DNA from: Nanobdellota archaeon
GTDB taxonomy: Archaea; Nanobdellota; Nanobdellia; Parvarchaeales; Parvarchaeaceae
NCBI GenBank assembly: GCA_021799085.1
Contig: JAJZBD010000002.1
Coordinates: 37,355 to 101,354 of the forward strand
DNA length: 64,000 nucleotides
Direction: 5' to 3'
A program made the position numbers and the translations under genes. The notes beneath the pieces are model-generated. The model was not told the origin of the DNA. It worked only from the letters and a program-made list of their open reading frames with translations, and did no database searches. Positions 1 to 9,210 of the stretch are shown one piece after another (positions within the stretch are counted from its first letter, which is position 1; each line of letters begins with the position of its first letter).

Positions 1-7
1 AAATCTT

Positions 8-298
8 ATGCGTGTGGAACTATCTGACCCCATATCTAATCACAAAGGTAAAAGAATTTGCAGAGTTTGTGGTAAATCATTCAAAACTTGGCGTAAGCTT
101 GATGCTCATTTTTATTGGCATCAAATAGGGGGAAAAAATAGTATAGGCTATTGGCGAGAAGGAAACTATATTGTATCTTTGGTTCTCAAGGAGAGTAAAA
201 ATGATCCTACCCTTGAAGAAATAAAGAAGGGCATAGAGAGAGATTTTAATGATAGACTTTCAAACCTTGTGAATGAAATTAATTCATTCTTAAGTTAA
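8..298 (+). CDS. Small C2H2-type zinc-finger protein (element-borne)
   Basis: Translation contains CRVCGKSFKTWRKLDAHFYWH, which fits C-x2-C-x12-H-x3-H, the classical C2H2 finger spacing. Proteins of this kind are typical of archaeal virus/plasmid elements. The ORF may be N-terminally truncated by the window edge. Confidence 0.45.
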   Translation: MRVELSDPISNHKGKRICRVCGKSFKTWRKLDAHFYWHQIGGKNSIGYWREGNYIVSLVLKESKNDPTLEEIKKGIERDFNDRLSNLVNEINSFLS

Positions 299-355
299 AG
301 GTATCATTCTGCTTCTGTATGGGCTTTATAAGTTTTTGAAATAAATTCATTACTG

Positions 356-778
356 ATGGAATCTAATGGACTTGTTAAATGGATTGAAAAGATTAAGAAT
401 TCAAATTTCAGTGAAGAAAATAAAGAAGCATTGATAGAATACATCAAATATTACCTTCACGATAGAAAATACTATCCAAAATTTGATATTTTCATTTACG
501 CTTTGATAACTTTGAATTATGAAGACAATTTATACATAAATCTTAAAGATTTAAAGTATAGAGAGTTGATTGATATCTTTGACTTCATTTATAGAACACG
601 CTGGCTTTATTCAAAATCAAGCTTTCAAGTGATAGAATATTTCATACTGGATTTACTTGAATTCTTGAACAAGAAATACAAGTGGGAACTAGAGCCAAGA
701 CGGGAATACCACGAATTTGTGGAATATAGAAAAAATCAACTGAAATCTCAGATGGAGACTGAATATGGAACAAACTAA
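356..778 (+). CDS. Hypothetical protein (element-borne)
   Basis: 140-aa ORF with no recognisable motif; same strand and close to neighbouring element ORFs. Confidence 0.35.
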   Translation: MESNGLVKWIEKIKNSNFSEENKEALIEYIKYYLHDRKYYPKFDIFIYALITLNYEDNLYINLKDLKYRELIDIFDFIYRTRWLYSKSSFQVIEYFILDLLEFLNKKYKWELEPRREYHEFVEYRKNQLKSQMETEYGTN

Positions 779-973
779 TCAGCAAAAAGAATACACTGGC
801 CCATACCGGCATATTCAAGAGTTAATAGACTTTTTGAAGGCCAATGGCATTGACTTCAGTCATGGAGAGGATGATGAAAACAAAAGTGTATGATATAACT
901 GAAAGAAGGATAAGACTTGCTATACAGAAGCATGTTAAAGAACTTAACAGACTCATCTTAATGCTAAAAATTT

Positions 974-1666
974 ATGAGAAGCAAAGAAAATAGTGGGAAT
1001 TGGCTGAAAAGGAATTTACCGGATTCAGCGGACAAGAGTTTTGCTGAGAACTACGACAACAGAACATCTCTAGCTGAGACCTGGGACCCTGAAGATGTCA
1101 TTGAGCATTTGAAGAAAGTTAAATCGATTAGATCCCGTGTTATCCTATCTCTCCAATACATTTTTGGCTCTAGAATTTCTGAAATCTGCAAAATGCGTAA
1201 GAAGGATTTGACTTTTGATATTGATGGCTCACTTGTGGCCCACATTAGAACAGAAAAGCGACATGACGGCCATGTCAAAGTTTTGGCCATGAATTCCAGA
1301 AATTCGCCGGAATTAATACCACTTTTAAAGGATATTACAGAGTATCTCACCTTATTCAAAGATTTGGGCAATGAAGCTTATCTTTTCGGCGATCCGGGAT
1401 TCTTCACTATCACAAAGAAAGGGAAGATGTATCTTGACAATAGGCTACGCATGAGAGTTTATATCTCAGCAATCAAAGAAGCTGGCCTGAATCCTCATTT
1501 GCTTAGGCATGCCAGGCTGTCATGGCTGGCCCATACAAAGAAGAAGGCGTTAGAGAATGTTGATAGATTGCTTCTTGTCAAATCCGTTGCAGATTTCACC
1601 AGGTTTGATTCGGCTGAAAGCTATGTGAGAAATATGAACCTGAAGCAGATTAAAGAAGCGTTATAA
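974..1666 (+). CDS. Tyrosine recombinase catalytic domain, probably N-truncated remnant of a second integrase
   Basis: Contains GSRISEI (Arg box I), HLLRHARLSW (H-x-x-R box II) and a C-terminal AESYVRN candidate nucleophile Tyr. It is only 230 aa and lacks an N-terminal core-binding domain. Confidence 0.6.
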   Translation: MRSKENSGNWLKRNLPDSADKSFAENYDNRTSLAETWDPEDVIEHLKKVKSIRSRVILSLQYIFGSRISEICKMRKKDLTFDIDGSLVAHIRTEKRHDGHVKVLAMNSRNSPELIPLLKDITEYLTLFKDLGNEAYLFGDPGFFTITKKGKMYLDNRLRMRVYISAIKEAGLNPHLLRHARLSWLAHTKKKALENVDRLLLVKSVADFTRFDSAESYVRNMNLKQIKEAL

Positions 1667-1701
1667 AAAGAGATTAATAGAAATCAATGCGATGCTGAAG
1701 T

Positions 1702-2205
1702 CTATTTGAGTTTTATATGGAACAAGTCCTTGAGAATGCTTCTTTTTGTAAGCGGCCTTGGGTTTTTAGGTAATTCTATTTCGTGATTTTTTAGCTTTTG
1801 AAAATAATCTTGTGTCATTTTTTTTACAACACTGTTGATTACAATCTGCTTTTCTGGGCTAAACTCTTCCTTTGGACCTAATGCCCATCCACGTGGGTAT
1901 TTATTTTCTTTAAATTCGATATTTTTTTTAGGTTTTCCTTTGAATCCTCGGAAATTACTCCAGCCATACATCTTCTTTAAATAAGTCTGTTTTATTGGTA
2001 TTGAAACAGATTTACATTCATGGCAAACATATCCAATAAACGTATGGTCAGGAGTTTCATCGAGCCGTGCCAATATATTACTGAAAGGTCTAGCAAAAAA
2101 ATAGACTACATCTTGATCAGTATCCTTTTTACATATTTGACAAGGCATTTTCTCAGTGCTAAGTATCTGGCCCTTTCGATGTATAAGTATCTTTTCGACC
2201 GGCAT
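1702..2205 (-). CDS. Zinc-ribbon protein, paralog of 2471-2782
   Basis: N-terminus HRKGQILSTEKMPCQICKKDTDQDVVYFFA aligns with the 2471 ORF (YRKGQVLGTEKRQCNVCNKLTNQQVVYFFA). A second CxxC (CHECK vs CSECK) and KYGWSNF-GFKG-PK-IEF are shared. This ORF has a 60-aa C-terminal extension. Confidence 0.5.
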   Translation of the reverse strand: MPVEKILIHRKGQILSTEKMPCQICKKDTDQDVVYFFARPFSNILARLDETPDHTFIGYVCHECKSVSIPIKQTYLKKMYGWSNFRGFKGKPKKNIEFKENKYPRGWALGPKEEFSPEKQIVINSVVKKMTQDYFQKLKNHEIELPKNPRPLTKRSILKDLFHIKLK

Positions 2206-2470
2206 AATAAAACTATAAGTTTTTAGTAAATAAAAAGTCTTAAATTCCGAATAATCAAAGACTAAACCTCTCTAACTGCTCTTCTATAAGCTTCTAGATA
2301 TACCTGGCTTAAACTTTTGAAAGAAATGCCGTAAGAGGTAGCCCAAAGAGACCAAACTAGCCATTGGAATAACATCTAGATACAAATTATGCAGTTTATT
2401 AGTTAATCAGATTTTATAAAAACTTAAAAATCAGTAAAGTCTTAGATAAAATAGCGATTTAAAATATTTT

Positions 2471-2782
2471 ATGGCAAAAGAAAAGATAAAATACCGAAAA
2501 GGCCAGGTTCTAGGAACAGAGAAAAGGCAGTGTAATGTATGCAATAAATTGACCAATCAGCAGGTTGTATATTTCTTTGCCAAAAGGTCTGGCTGGATAT
2601 GGGGCGGCGTAATTGGGATGGCCCTTACCGGTAATGCACACGTTGCATATATCTGCTCTGAATGTAAGACAGCTATTCCGGCCGAAAATCAAAATGCACT
2701 TAAAGAAAAGTATGGATGGAGCAACTTTTCTGGGTTTAAAGGCATTCCCAAACAGGATATAGAGTTTATAATAAGAAAATAA
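2471..2782 (+). CDS. Zinc-ribbon protein, paralog of 1702-2205
   Basis: Two CxxC pairs (CNVCNK ... CSECK), divergent from its paralog and immediately upstream of the integrase. The antisense ORF 2510-2788 is treated as a shadow. Confidence 0.5.
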   Translation: MAKEKIKYRKGQVLGTEKRQCNVCNKLTNQQVVYFFAKRSGWIWGGVIGMALTGNAHVAYICSECKTAIPAENQNALKEKYGWSNFSGFKGIPKQDIEFIIRK

Positions 2783-2814
2783 TTGCAACTTTCATAGTAT
2801 AGGCTTAAGAAGTT

Positions 2815-3999
2815 TCATTTTTTTATTGATTTCAACTGCTCTAATAGATTAGGATTGCTCTTCAAAAGAGACATTAGTGTATTGGCCATGTTATCTATCT
2901 CTTTCAGTTTCTCAGGGCTGCTATTCATCTCAGCTTCTATCAGTTCTTTCTCATCAAGAGGAGCATTGCACTTTTGACAGATCGTTGAAAAATAAGGATT
3001 TGGTTCTTTACATCGAGGGCATATCTTTACTGAATTATGGTCTTCCTTCTCACTGGTTTTAATCCCATACACTTTTTGTAATAAAGCATCTTCAACATCC
3101 CTTTGTGAAAGATGGATATAAACCTCAGCCATCTTACTTGAACCTGACCATCCAGCCAACTGCTTTAGAGTCTGCTCCGGCAATGTCTTGGCAAGCTCTG
3201 TCATTCTTGTATGCCTGAAAAGATGGGCATGTATCCTCTTGTTTATGCCGGCCCTCTTGCAGACTACACCGAGCTGTCTTCTAAAGTTATGGTATGCAAA
3301 AGGAAATATGTTACCATACTTTTTAATATAAAAGAGATTCGATTCGGGCTTGTCCTTGTTTGGATGAACCAAAAGGAACTGGCGTAAGTCCCCGGCATAC
3401 CATACAATTGGTATAACTCTCTGGCCTGTTTTACCATGAACATAAAGCTTGGCCCCATAGCTATTAAACTCTATATTCTGAATTTTAAGGTCTAAGATTT
3501 CAGAGACCCTAGCCCCTGTCTCATATAGCAGTTTTACGATTAGCTTGATCTGTGGGCTTGTTGTAGCCTCTAATATCCGTTGATACTCATCGGAAGTAAT
3601 TAGAAATTCAGGCATCAGGGAATTCTTGGGCTTTATAGGTTTGATGTCCTCTAAGCTTATTGTTGTCTTATATGTTTTACTAAGCCATCGAAGAAAGTTT
3701 TTGAAGACCTTTACATTAGAGTTCTTTGTCCAATCTTTCCATTTAGTATTGCTATTGATGGCTATGACTATTCCCTGGGCCTTCTTGTCATCGATAGTCT
3801 TTACACTATACTTCATGCTCTTGAAGATAGGTTTTAGGGCCATGTCTACCCTGTTCAGCCGGCTATATGACAAGCCCTGCCCCTGCTTGAATTTCAAGAA
3901 CTCCAAAAGAACTTTTCTATTGGCGTCAAGTATCTCAGGGCTTGTCGCAATATCTTCGATTTCATTCTCGAAGAATTTTCTCACTAACTTGTCTTCCAT
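2815..3999 (-). CDS. int: Tyrosine integrase (phage-integrase family) with C-terminal CxxC...CxxC zinc ribbon
   Basis: Contains TGARVSE (box I Arg), HAHLFRHTR (H-x-x-R), MAEVYIHL (Tyr) and a C-terminal ICPRCKEPNPYFSTICQKCN. It is adjacent to a tRNA. Confidence 0.8.
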   Translation of the reverse strand: MEDKLVRKFFENEIEDIATSPEILDANRKVLLEFLKFKQGQGLSYSRLNRVDMALKPIFKSMKYSVKTIDDKKAQGIVIAINSNTKWKDWTKNSNVKVFKNFLRWLSKTYKTTISLEDIKPIKPKNSLMPEFLITSDEYQRILEATTSPQIKLIVKLLYETGARVSEILDLKIQNIEFNSYGAKLYVHGKTGQRVIPIVWYAGDLRQFLLVHPNKDKPESNLFYIKKYGNIFPFAYHNFRRQLGVVCKRAGINKRIHAHLFRHTRMTELAKTLPEQTLKQLAGWSGSSKMAEVYIHLSQRDVEDALLQKVYGIKTSEKEDHNSVKICPRCKEPNPYFSTICQKCNAPLDEKELIEAEMNSSPEKLKEIDNMANTLMSLLKSNPNLLEQLKSIKK

Positions 4000-4059
4000 G
4001 TTTACACCTCAAATTTATCTTTATTTAAAGACGACAAGAAACCTTAACTAACTAAGAGT

Positions 4060-4133
4060 TGCCCCTGCTGGAATTTGAATCCAGATATCAGGCTCCGCAG
4101 GCCTGCGTTCTATCCAAGTTAGACTACAGGAGC
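4060..4133 (-). tRNA. tRNA-Arg (anticodon GCG)
   Basis: The reverse complement folds as a cloverleaf. The acceptor stem is GCUCCUG/CAGGGGC with one G-U pair. The anticodon stem is CAGGC/GCCUG with loop CUGCGGA, giving anticodon GCG. The T-arm is CUGGA-UUCAAAU-UCCAG, the discriminator is A, and there is no encoded CCA. Confidence 0.7.
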
Positions 4134-4161
4134 ATTTATTCCATATTCTATCTTTTCAACC

Positions 4162-4175
4162 TTTATATATAAATT
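4162..4175. promoter_or_regulatory. Palindromic TATA-like element TTTATATATAAATT, candidate bidirectional promoter for tRNA-Arg (minus) and ORF 4193 (plus)
   Basis: The AT palindrome sits about 30 bp from the tRNA 5' end (4133) and about 25 bp from ATG 4193. This matches archaeal TATA spacing for (near-)leaderless transcripts. Confidence 0.25.
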
Positions 4176-4192
4176 ACAGTCAAATCTAATAG

Positions 4193-4900
4193 ATGAAAAC
4201 AATTGGTTTGGATTCATTGCTGGAGTCTTCAATTAATGAGCTAAGCGAGGATTTCCCTGAATTGAAAAGGATTGGCGCTTTTGACCTCAAAAATTATTAC
4301 TTTGATAATCTGCCAACAAATATCTTTGGTTCATATAACCCAGAAAAAGGTAAAATATGTATAAATTCTTCGATTGAAGGCAGAACAGAAGAATACAAAA
4401 AAGAGCTTTTTGATACGATTGTGCATGAAGAAGCACACTTTATTGAAGGAAAGCTTAAAAAAGATGCTTTTTTGGGGCATATGACTCAGCATTCAATTTA
4501 CTGGTTTGGCATATACAAAAAATTGGGCGGGAATTTGAACGGTTTTTACGTCGAGAATGGAGATGGAAGAGACATGCTCATAGACTTCTCAATTTTGAAT
4601 TACCACCTGAACATGCTTTATATGTTAGAAAACAGCTATGACAGCAAAATAAAAGCCCTGGCAGCAGATCTTAAGAAGCCGCTGCTAGAATTGATTTCAA
4701 ATGCCACTGTAATGGATTTTTCGGGCTTTGATGGCTACAAGGACAGGCTTATCAATGAAATTTACTCCTTAGACAATGAAAATCCAATATTAATTTTTGA
4801 GCAAGGCAGTGGTTTTAGTGCTATACGAAAAGGAAAGAAAGAAAAAATAGAGATAAATTATGATTTCAATGAGTTGAAAAGTTGGATAAAATATATATGA
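4193..4900 (+). CDS. Hypothetical protein with HExxH motif (putative zinc metallopeptidase-like)
   Basis: Contains TIVHEEAHFIEG (HExxH). No other recognisable family signature. Confidence 0.4.
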   Translation: MKTIGLDSLLESSINELSEDFPELKRIGAFDLKNYYFDNLPTNIFGSYNPEKGKICINSSIEGRTEEYKKELFDTIVHEEAHFIEGKLKKDAFLGHMTQHSIYWFGIYKKLGGNLNGFYVENGDGRDMLIDFSILNYHLNMLYMLENSYDSKIKALAADLKKPLLELISNATVMDFSGFDGYKDRLINEIYSLDNENPILIFEQGSGFSAIRKGKKEKIEINYDFNELKSWIKYI

Positions 4901-5788
4901 CTATATACCAAGCTCATTTCTTACACGATTTATGTTCTCTATTCTTTTTTCCAAGGATGGGTGAGTTGAAAATAAATTTGTAAGGGAATGCGTTGAAAAG
5001 TTATTTACTATAAATAAAGAGGAATAAGCTCCAGGCTGTGGGCTGTTTCTTAGGTTTCTATTTAAAATTGGTTTTCTTGTACTAATATTGCTTATCTTTT
5101 TCAATGAAGAAATTAAAGCATCTGGTTTTCTTAGCAGCCTAACGCTTCCTTCATCTGCATACGCTTCCCTGTCCCTTGATATACCAAGCTGCACAAACAT
5201 AGCACCAATCGGTATAAGAATCGCCGCTATGAGAAGAATTATACCACTGCCATTATTCCTCTCATCCATACCACCAAAAAACTCAGAAAAAAGGATCATA
5301 TTTCCAATGTAAGAGATAAGAGTAGCAATTGTAGCCGCTATACTGGATATTAAAATGTCCTTATGCGTTATGTGGCTTATTTCATGGCCTATCACCGCGT
5401 CTAGTTCATCGTCATTAAGCATTTTCAATATTCCAGAGGTTGCCACCACAACTGAATGATTTTCATCTTTTCCTGTGGCAAATGCATTTGGTGTATCTGT
5501 AGGCATTATTCCCACTCTGGGCATTGGAATGTTGGCTTGCTGTGAAACCTTTTCAACAATGTCGTAGAATCTTGGGTTTTCGGATCTTTCTATTATTTTA
5601 CTTCTTGTCATCTTTATCGCTATGGAATCGCTTTTGAAGTATGAAAAAATGTTCATTGCCAATGCTATAACAAAGAAGATCGAAATCCATAAAAACACAT
5701 TTCCAAGAAAGTATCCTACAAGTGCCCCGAATCCTACAAGTATAAGCGATAATACAGAGAATAATAACGATATCTTAGCGATTCCCAT
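4901..5788 (-). CDS. htpX: HtpX-like M48 membrane zinc protease
   Basis: N-terminal TM helices, the motif IGHEISHITHKD (HExxH) and overall HtpX-like architecture. Confidence 0.8.
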   Translation of the reverse strand: MGIAKISLLFSVLSLILVGFGALVGYFLGNVFLWISIFFVIALAMNIFSYFKSDSIAIKMTRSKIIERSENPRFYDIVEKVSQQANIPMPRVGIMPTDTPNAFATGKDENHSVVVATSGILKMLNDDELDAVIGHEISHITHKDILISSIAATIATLISYIGNMILFSEFFGGMDERNNGSGIILLIAAILIPIGAMFVQLGISRDREAYADEGSVRLLRKPDALISSLKKISNISTRKPILNRNLRNSPQPGAYSSLFIVNNFSTHSLTNLFSTHPSLEKRIENINRVRNELGI

Positions 5789-5824
5789 ATTATTTCAACA
5801 AATTCAGTATTTAATTAATATTGT

Positions 5825-6316
5825 TTAGCCTATGTATTGTTCTTTGTTGCCCTGCTTTTCCTTCTTTTTGAAGTATTCAAATGCACCGCTTACTATGCTG
5901 TTCAGCCTTTCTTTAAGCTTATCCATCTTGTCCAAAGTCTCTTCATGTATTTTTATCAAATCTTCTGTGCTGTACCCCTTCAGGTTTGTAAGTATTTTTA
6001 AAAGGTAAAGAACGTTTTCCGTGCATTCATCCGAAAGCTTTGATATCTCCTGCTGCTTGTTTTCTTCCTTTATGTATTTGTTTATTATTATGTTTTCTTC
6101 TGAAGAGGGATTAGAATAGACTGCAAATATTATGTCATTCATCGCTCTTAAATCAAGAAAGTCTCCGTCCACCAGCCAGTTCATGAATACCTTTTCGTTT
6201 GGGAACATGTCGTATTTATGTATTGGGCTTAGGGTCTGCAAATAATACCTGTCCTTGTTTAGTCCTTTATCTTTCAGTTTTTCAAAGTAATAATCTGCGT
6301 CTTTTTCCTCATTCAT
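5825..6316 (-). CDS. Hypothetical protein
   Basis: 163-aa ORF divergent from the grpE region; no motif recognised. Confidence 0.35.
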   Translation of the reverse strand: MNEEKDADYYFEKLKDKGLNKDRYYLQTLSPIHKYDMFPNEKVFMNWLVDGDFLDLRAMNDIIFAVYSNPSSEENIIINKYIKEENKQQEISKLSDECTENVLYLLKILTNLKGYSTEDLIKIHEETLDKMDKLKERLNSIVSGAFEYFKKKEKQGNKEQYIG

Positions 6317-6401
6317 TCTTTTTTAGAGCGATTTTTATAAATATATAGTTTTTTGTCCAGATAGTGGAAACTTTTAAATACTAATACCCTTATAGAATGC
6401 T

Positions 6402-6842
6402 ATGATAATAAATTACTTGATAACAAAGGTAGACGCCAAAAGAGAGGACAACATACCCCCCGAAACGCAGATGGGCATATCAAACAATATAACCGTTCTA
6501 GACGTTGAAAAAGACGAGAAGTTCAAGGTTCTTAAATTCCAGTTCAGATTCGATGCAAAGTTCACTGCCAACAGTTCTGATGAACTGGGCCACATTGTAA
6601 TAGAAGGTTTCATAGTTCACACTTCCGAAGATATCGATAAAATATACAATAAATGGCAGGATGAAAAGGTGCTTGATGATTCTATAACTGAAGAGGTACT
6701 GCAGACCAGCCTTAACATAAGCATAATAGAGGCCATGTCTCTTTCAAAGATGCTGCAGCTTCCATCGATTTTGCCTTTGCCTAAAGTATCAACGGAAAAG
6801 AAAGATGAGAAGAAGGAAAAGGATAAAAAGAGTAAAAATTAA
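6402..6842 (+). CDS. Hypothetical protein with lysine/acidic-rich C-terminal tail
   Basis: 146-aa ORF ending KKDEKKEKDKKSKN; no family recognised. Confidence 0.35.
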   Translation: MIINYLITKVDAKREDNIPPETQMGISNNITVLDVEKDEKFKVLKFQFRFDAKFTANSSDELGHIVIEGFIVHTSEDIDKIYNKWQDEKVLDDSITEEVLQTSLNISIIEAMSLSKMLQLPSILPLPKVSTEKKDEKKEKDKKSKN

Positions 6843-6879
6843 TAAAAATAGATAGATTACTATATATTAATTTGATTTT

Positions 6880-7332
6880 ATGGAAGAAAATACAAATGAT
6901 GCACAAGAGGTAAATGTCGAAAAGCAGGAAGAGCAAAATGAAGAGGACTATAAATCTAAGTATCTATATCTACTTGCAGAGGTTGACAATTACAAGAAAT
7001 CAAAGGAAAAGGAGTTAGTTGAATACATAAAGTATTCAAATGAACGGCTTATAATGGATTTACTGAAAGTACTTGATGACTTTGACAGCGTATTGAAGCA
7101 GGACAAAGACGAGAAGGTAAAGGCGCTTTACAAGGCATTTCTTTCTGTTTTGTCGCATTACGGCTTAGAGGAGATGGAAGTCGTGGGCAAGGACTTTTCA
7201 TCAGATATAGCAGAGGCAGTAGCTACAGAAGAAAGCAATGAAGAAAAAGGGAAGATAATTGAGGAGGTGCAGAAAGGTTATAAACTTAACGGAAAAATAA
7301 TAAGGTATCCGAAAGTTAAAATCAGTATATGA
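6880..7332 (+). CDS. grpE: GrpE nucleotide exchange factor
   Basis: Contains [15 protein letters not shown] and the LKVLDDFD GrpE signature. Lies immediately upstream of and overlapping dnaK (ATGA overlap at 7329). Confidence 0.85.
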   Translation: MEENTNDAQEVNVEKQEEQNEEDYKSKYLYLLAEVDNYKKSKEKELVEYIKYSNERLIMDLLKVLDDFDSVLKQDKDEKVKALYKAFLSVLSHYGLEEMEVVGKDFSSDIAEAVATEESNEEKGKIIEEVQKGYKLNGKIIRYPKVKISI

Positions 7333-9179
7333 CAGAAAAAGAAAAGATAATAGGAATAGATTTGGGAACTTCAAATTCGCAGGCAGCGGTTGTAACGGCC
7401 GGCAAGCCTACAATAATACCAAGTGCAGAGGGTGCAACTATAGCTGGAAAGATGTTTCCTTCGGTTGTTGCATTCACAAAAGACAATCAAATTTTAGTGG
7501 GCGAACCTGCAAGAAGGCAGGCCGTTTCAAATCCACAGAATACAATATTCGCAGCAAAGAGGAAGATGGGGAGCGATTACAAATACAACATAAACGGCAA
7601 GGAATACACTCCACAGCAAATATCGGCATTCATATTGCAGAAAATAAAAAGGGATGCAGAGGCTTTTCTTGGAACAGAGGTCAAAAAGGCGGTAATAACG
7701 GTTCCTGCGTATTTCAACGATAATCAAAGGCAGGCAACAAAGGATGCGGGAAGCATAGCTGGTTTAGACGTCGTAAGAATAATAAACGAACCTACTGCAG
7801 CCGCCATGGCCTACGGCCTGGATAAGTCCGCGGATATCAAGGTTTTAGTGTATGATCTTGGAGGCGGAACGCTTGATGTAACTTTGATGGAGATATCTTC
7901 GGGCACATTTGAGGTTTTGGCTACCTCCGGTGACGTAGAACTCGGTGGAGTTGACATGGACAATGCCCTTATAGATTACATAGTAAAAGATTTCAAAACA
8001 AAAGAGAATTTTGATATAAGCAAAGACAAGGTGGCAATGCAAAGGATAAGGGATGCGGCAGAGAAGGCAAAGATAGAGCTTTCTACGGTTCTTGAAACGG
8101 AGATAAACCTCCCTTACATAACGGTTGTCAACAATTCCCCAAAGAATCTTGACCTTAAGATATCCAGAGCTACATTAGAAAACCTAGTAAGGCCCATAAT
8201 AGAGAGATCGAGACAGCCTATAGAAAACGTTCTAAAGGATGCAGGCCTTGAAAAGGACAAAATCTCAAAGATAATACTTGTTGGAGGTCCTACAAGGATG
8301 CCTATAGTTCAGAAATTCCTGACAGAAATTTTCGGAGAAAAACTTGAAAGAGGGGTAGACCCTATGGAAGCAGTGGCATTAGGAGCCGCAATACAGGGAG
8401 CAGTCTTGGCAGGAGAGATCAAGGACATAGTTCTTTTAGACGTAACGCCTTTAACTCTTAGCATAGAAACGTTGGGAGGAGTTTCAACGCCTATAATTGA
8501 AAGAAACAGCACAATACCTATAAAGGTAAGCAAGGTTTTCTCAACGGCTGATGATTATCAGACAAGTGTTACTATAAACGTTCTTCAGGGAGAAAGGCCG
8601 CTTGCAAAGGATAACATAAGCCTTGGCAGCTTTAACCTTGAAGGCATACCTCCTGCACCCAGAGGGGTACCGCAGATAGAGGTAACTTTCGACATAGATG
8701 CTAATGGTATATTGAGCGTTTCTGCAAAGGACAAAGCTACTGGAAAGACCCAAAAGATAACAATATCTGCACCGCACAAGCTTTCAAAGGAAGAAATAGA
8801 TAAGATGATGCAGGCCGCAAAAGAAAACGAGGAAAACGACAAGAAAATAAAGGAATTGATAGAAGCTAAGAACAATGTTTCTGCCCTGTCTTATTCCCTT
8901 GAAAAGACACTTAATGACTTTAAAGATAAAATTACTGAAGAAGAAAAGAATGAAGCCGATGAAATAATAAAAAAGATAAAGGAAGACACGGCAAAAGAAG
9001 ACGTTACTATAGAACAAATAAATGAGGATAGAGATAAATTGACAGCGGTTATAAATAAACTAAGTTCGAAGATTTACAGCCAGCAAAATCAGAACCAACA
9101 GACTGATCAGCAGAATACGCAGGAAAATGGTGAAAACAACGATAATCCGCAGAACGGAGAAGAAAACAACGGAAGTTAA
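7329..9179 (+). CDS. dnaK: Hsp70 chaperone DnaK
   Basis: [19 protein letters not shown] and [11 protein letters not shown] Hsp70 signatures. 616 aa with a Q/N-rich C-terminal tail. Confidence 0.95.
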   Translation: MTEKEKIIGIDLGTSNSQAAVVTAGKPTIIPSAEGATIAGKMFPSVVAFTKDNQILVGEPARRQAVSNPQNTIFAAKRKMGSDYKYNINGKEYTPQQISAFILQKIKRDAEAFLGTEVKKAVITVPAYFNDNQRQATKDAGSIAGLDVVRIINEPTAAAMAYGLDKSADIKVLVYDLGGGTLDVTLMEISSGTFEVLATSGDVELGGVDMDNALIDYIVKDFKTKENFDISKDKVAMQRIRDAAEKAKIELSTVLETEINLPYITVVNNSPKNLDLKISRATLENLVRPIIERSRQPIENVLKDAGLEKDKISKIILVGGPTRMPIVQKFLTEIFGEKLERGVDPMEAVALGAAIQGAVLAGEIKDIVLLDVTPLTLSIETLGGVSTPIIERNSTIPIKVSKVFSTADDYQTSVTINVLQGERPLAKDNISLGSFNLEGIPPAPRGVPQIEVTFDIDANGILSVSAKDKATGKTQKITISAPHKLSKEEIDKMMQAAKENEENDKKIKELIEAKNNVSALSYSLEKTLNDFKDKITEEEKNEADEIIKKIKEDTAKEDVTIEQINEDRDKLTAVINKLSSKIYSQQNQNQQTDQQNTQENGENNDNPQNGEENNGS

Positions 9180-9210
9180 AGATTATTAGCCGTCTTTTCT
9201 TTAGAATAAT

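Larger units (their letters stand above)
1..4059. mobile_element. Probable integrated element (partial; extends beyond window start) inserted next to the 3' end of tRNA-Arg; carries integrase, second recombinase fragment, Zn-ribbon paralogs, C2H2 ORF
   Basis: Full-length tyrosine integrase (2815-3999, minus) lies directly 3' of a minus-strand tRNA and on the same strand, the classic int-tRNA arrangement. The flanking ORFs are small, element-like proteins (Zn fingers) with no recognisable housekeeping function. A second att copy was not found within 1-2800, so the element is probably cut by the window edge. Confidence 0.5.

Noticed and set aside
4000-4059. Looked for an attL-type direct repeat of the tRNA-Arg 3' half elsewhere in 1-2800 to delimit the integrated element.
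   Set aside because: No copy of the 20 nt or more of the tRNA 3' segment was found in the window. The element boundary presumably lies upstream of position 1, so only a partial element is reported.
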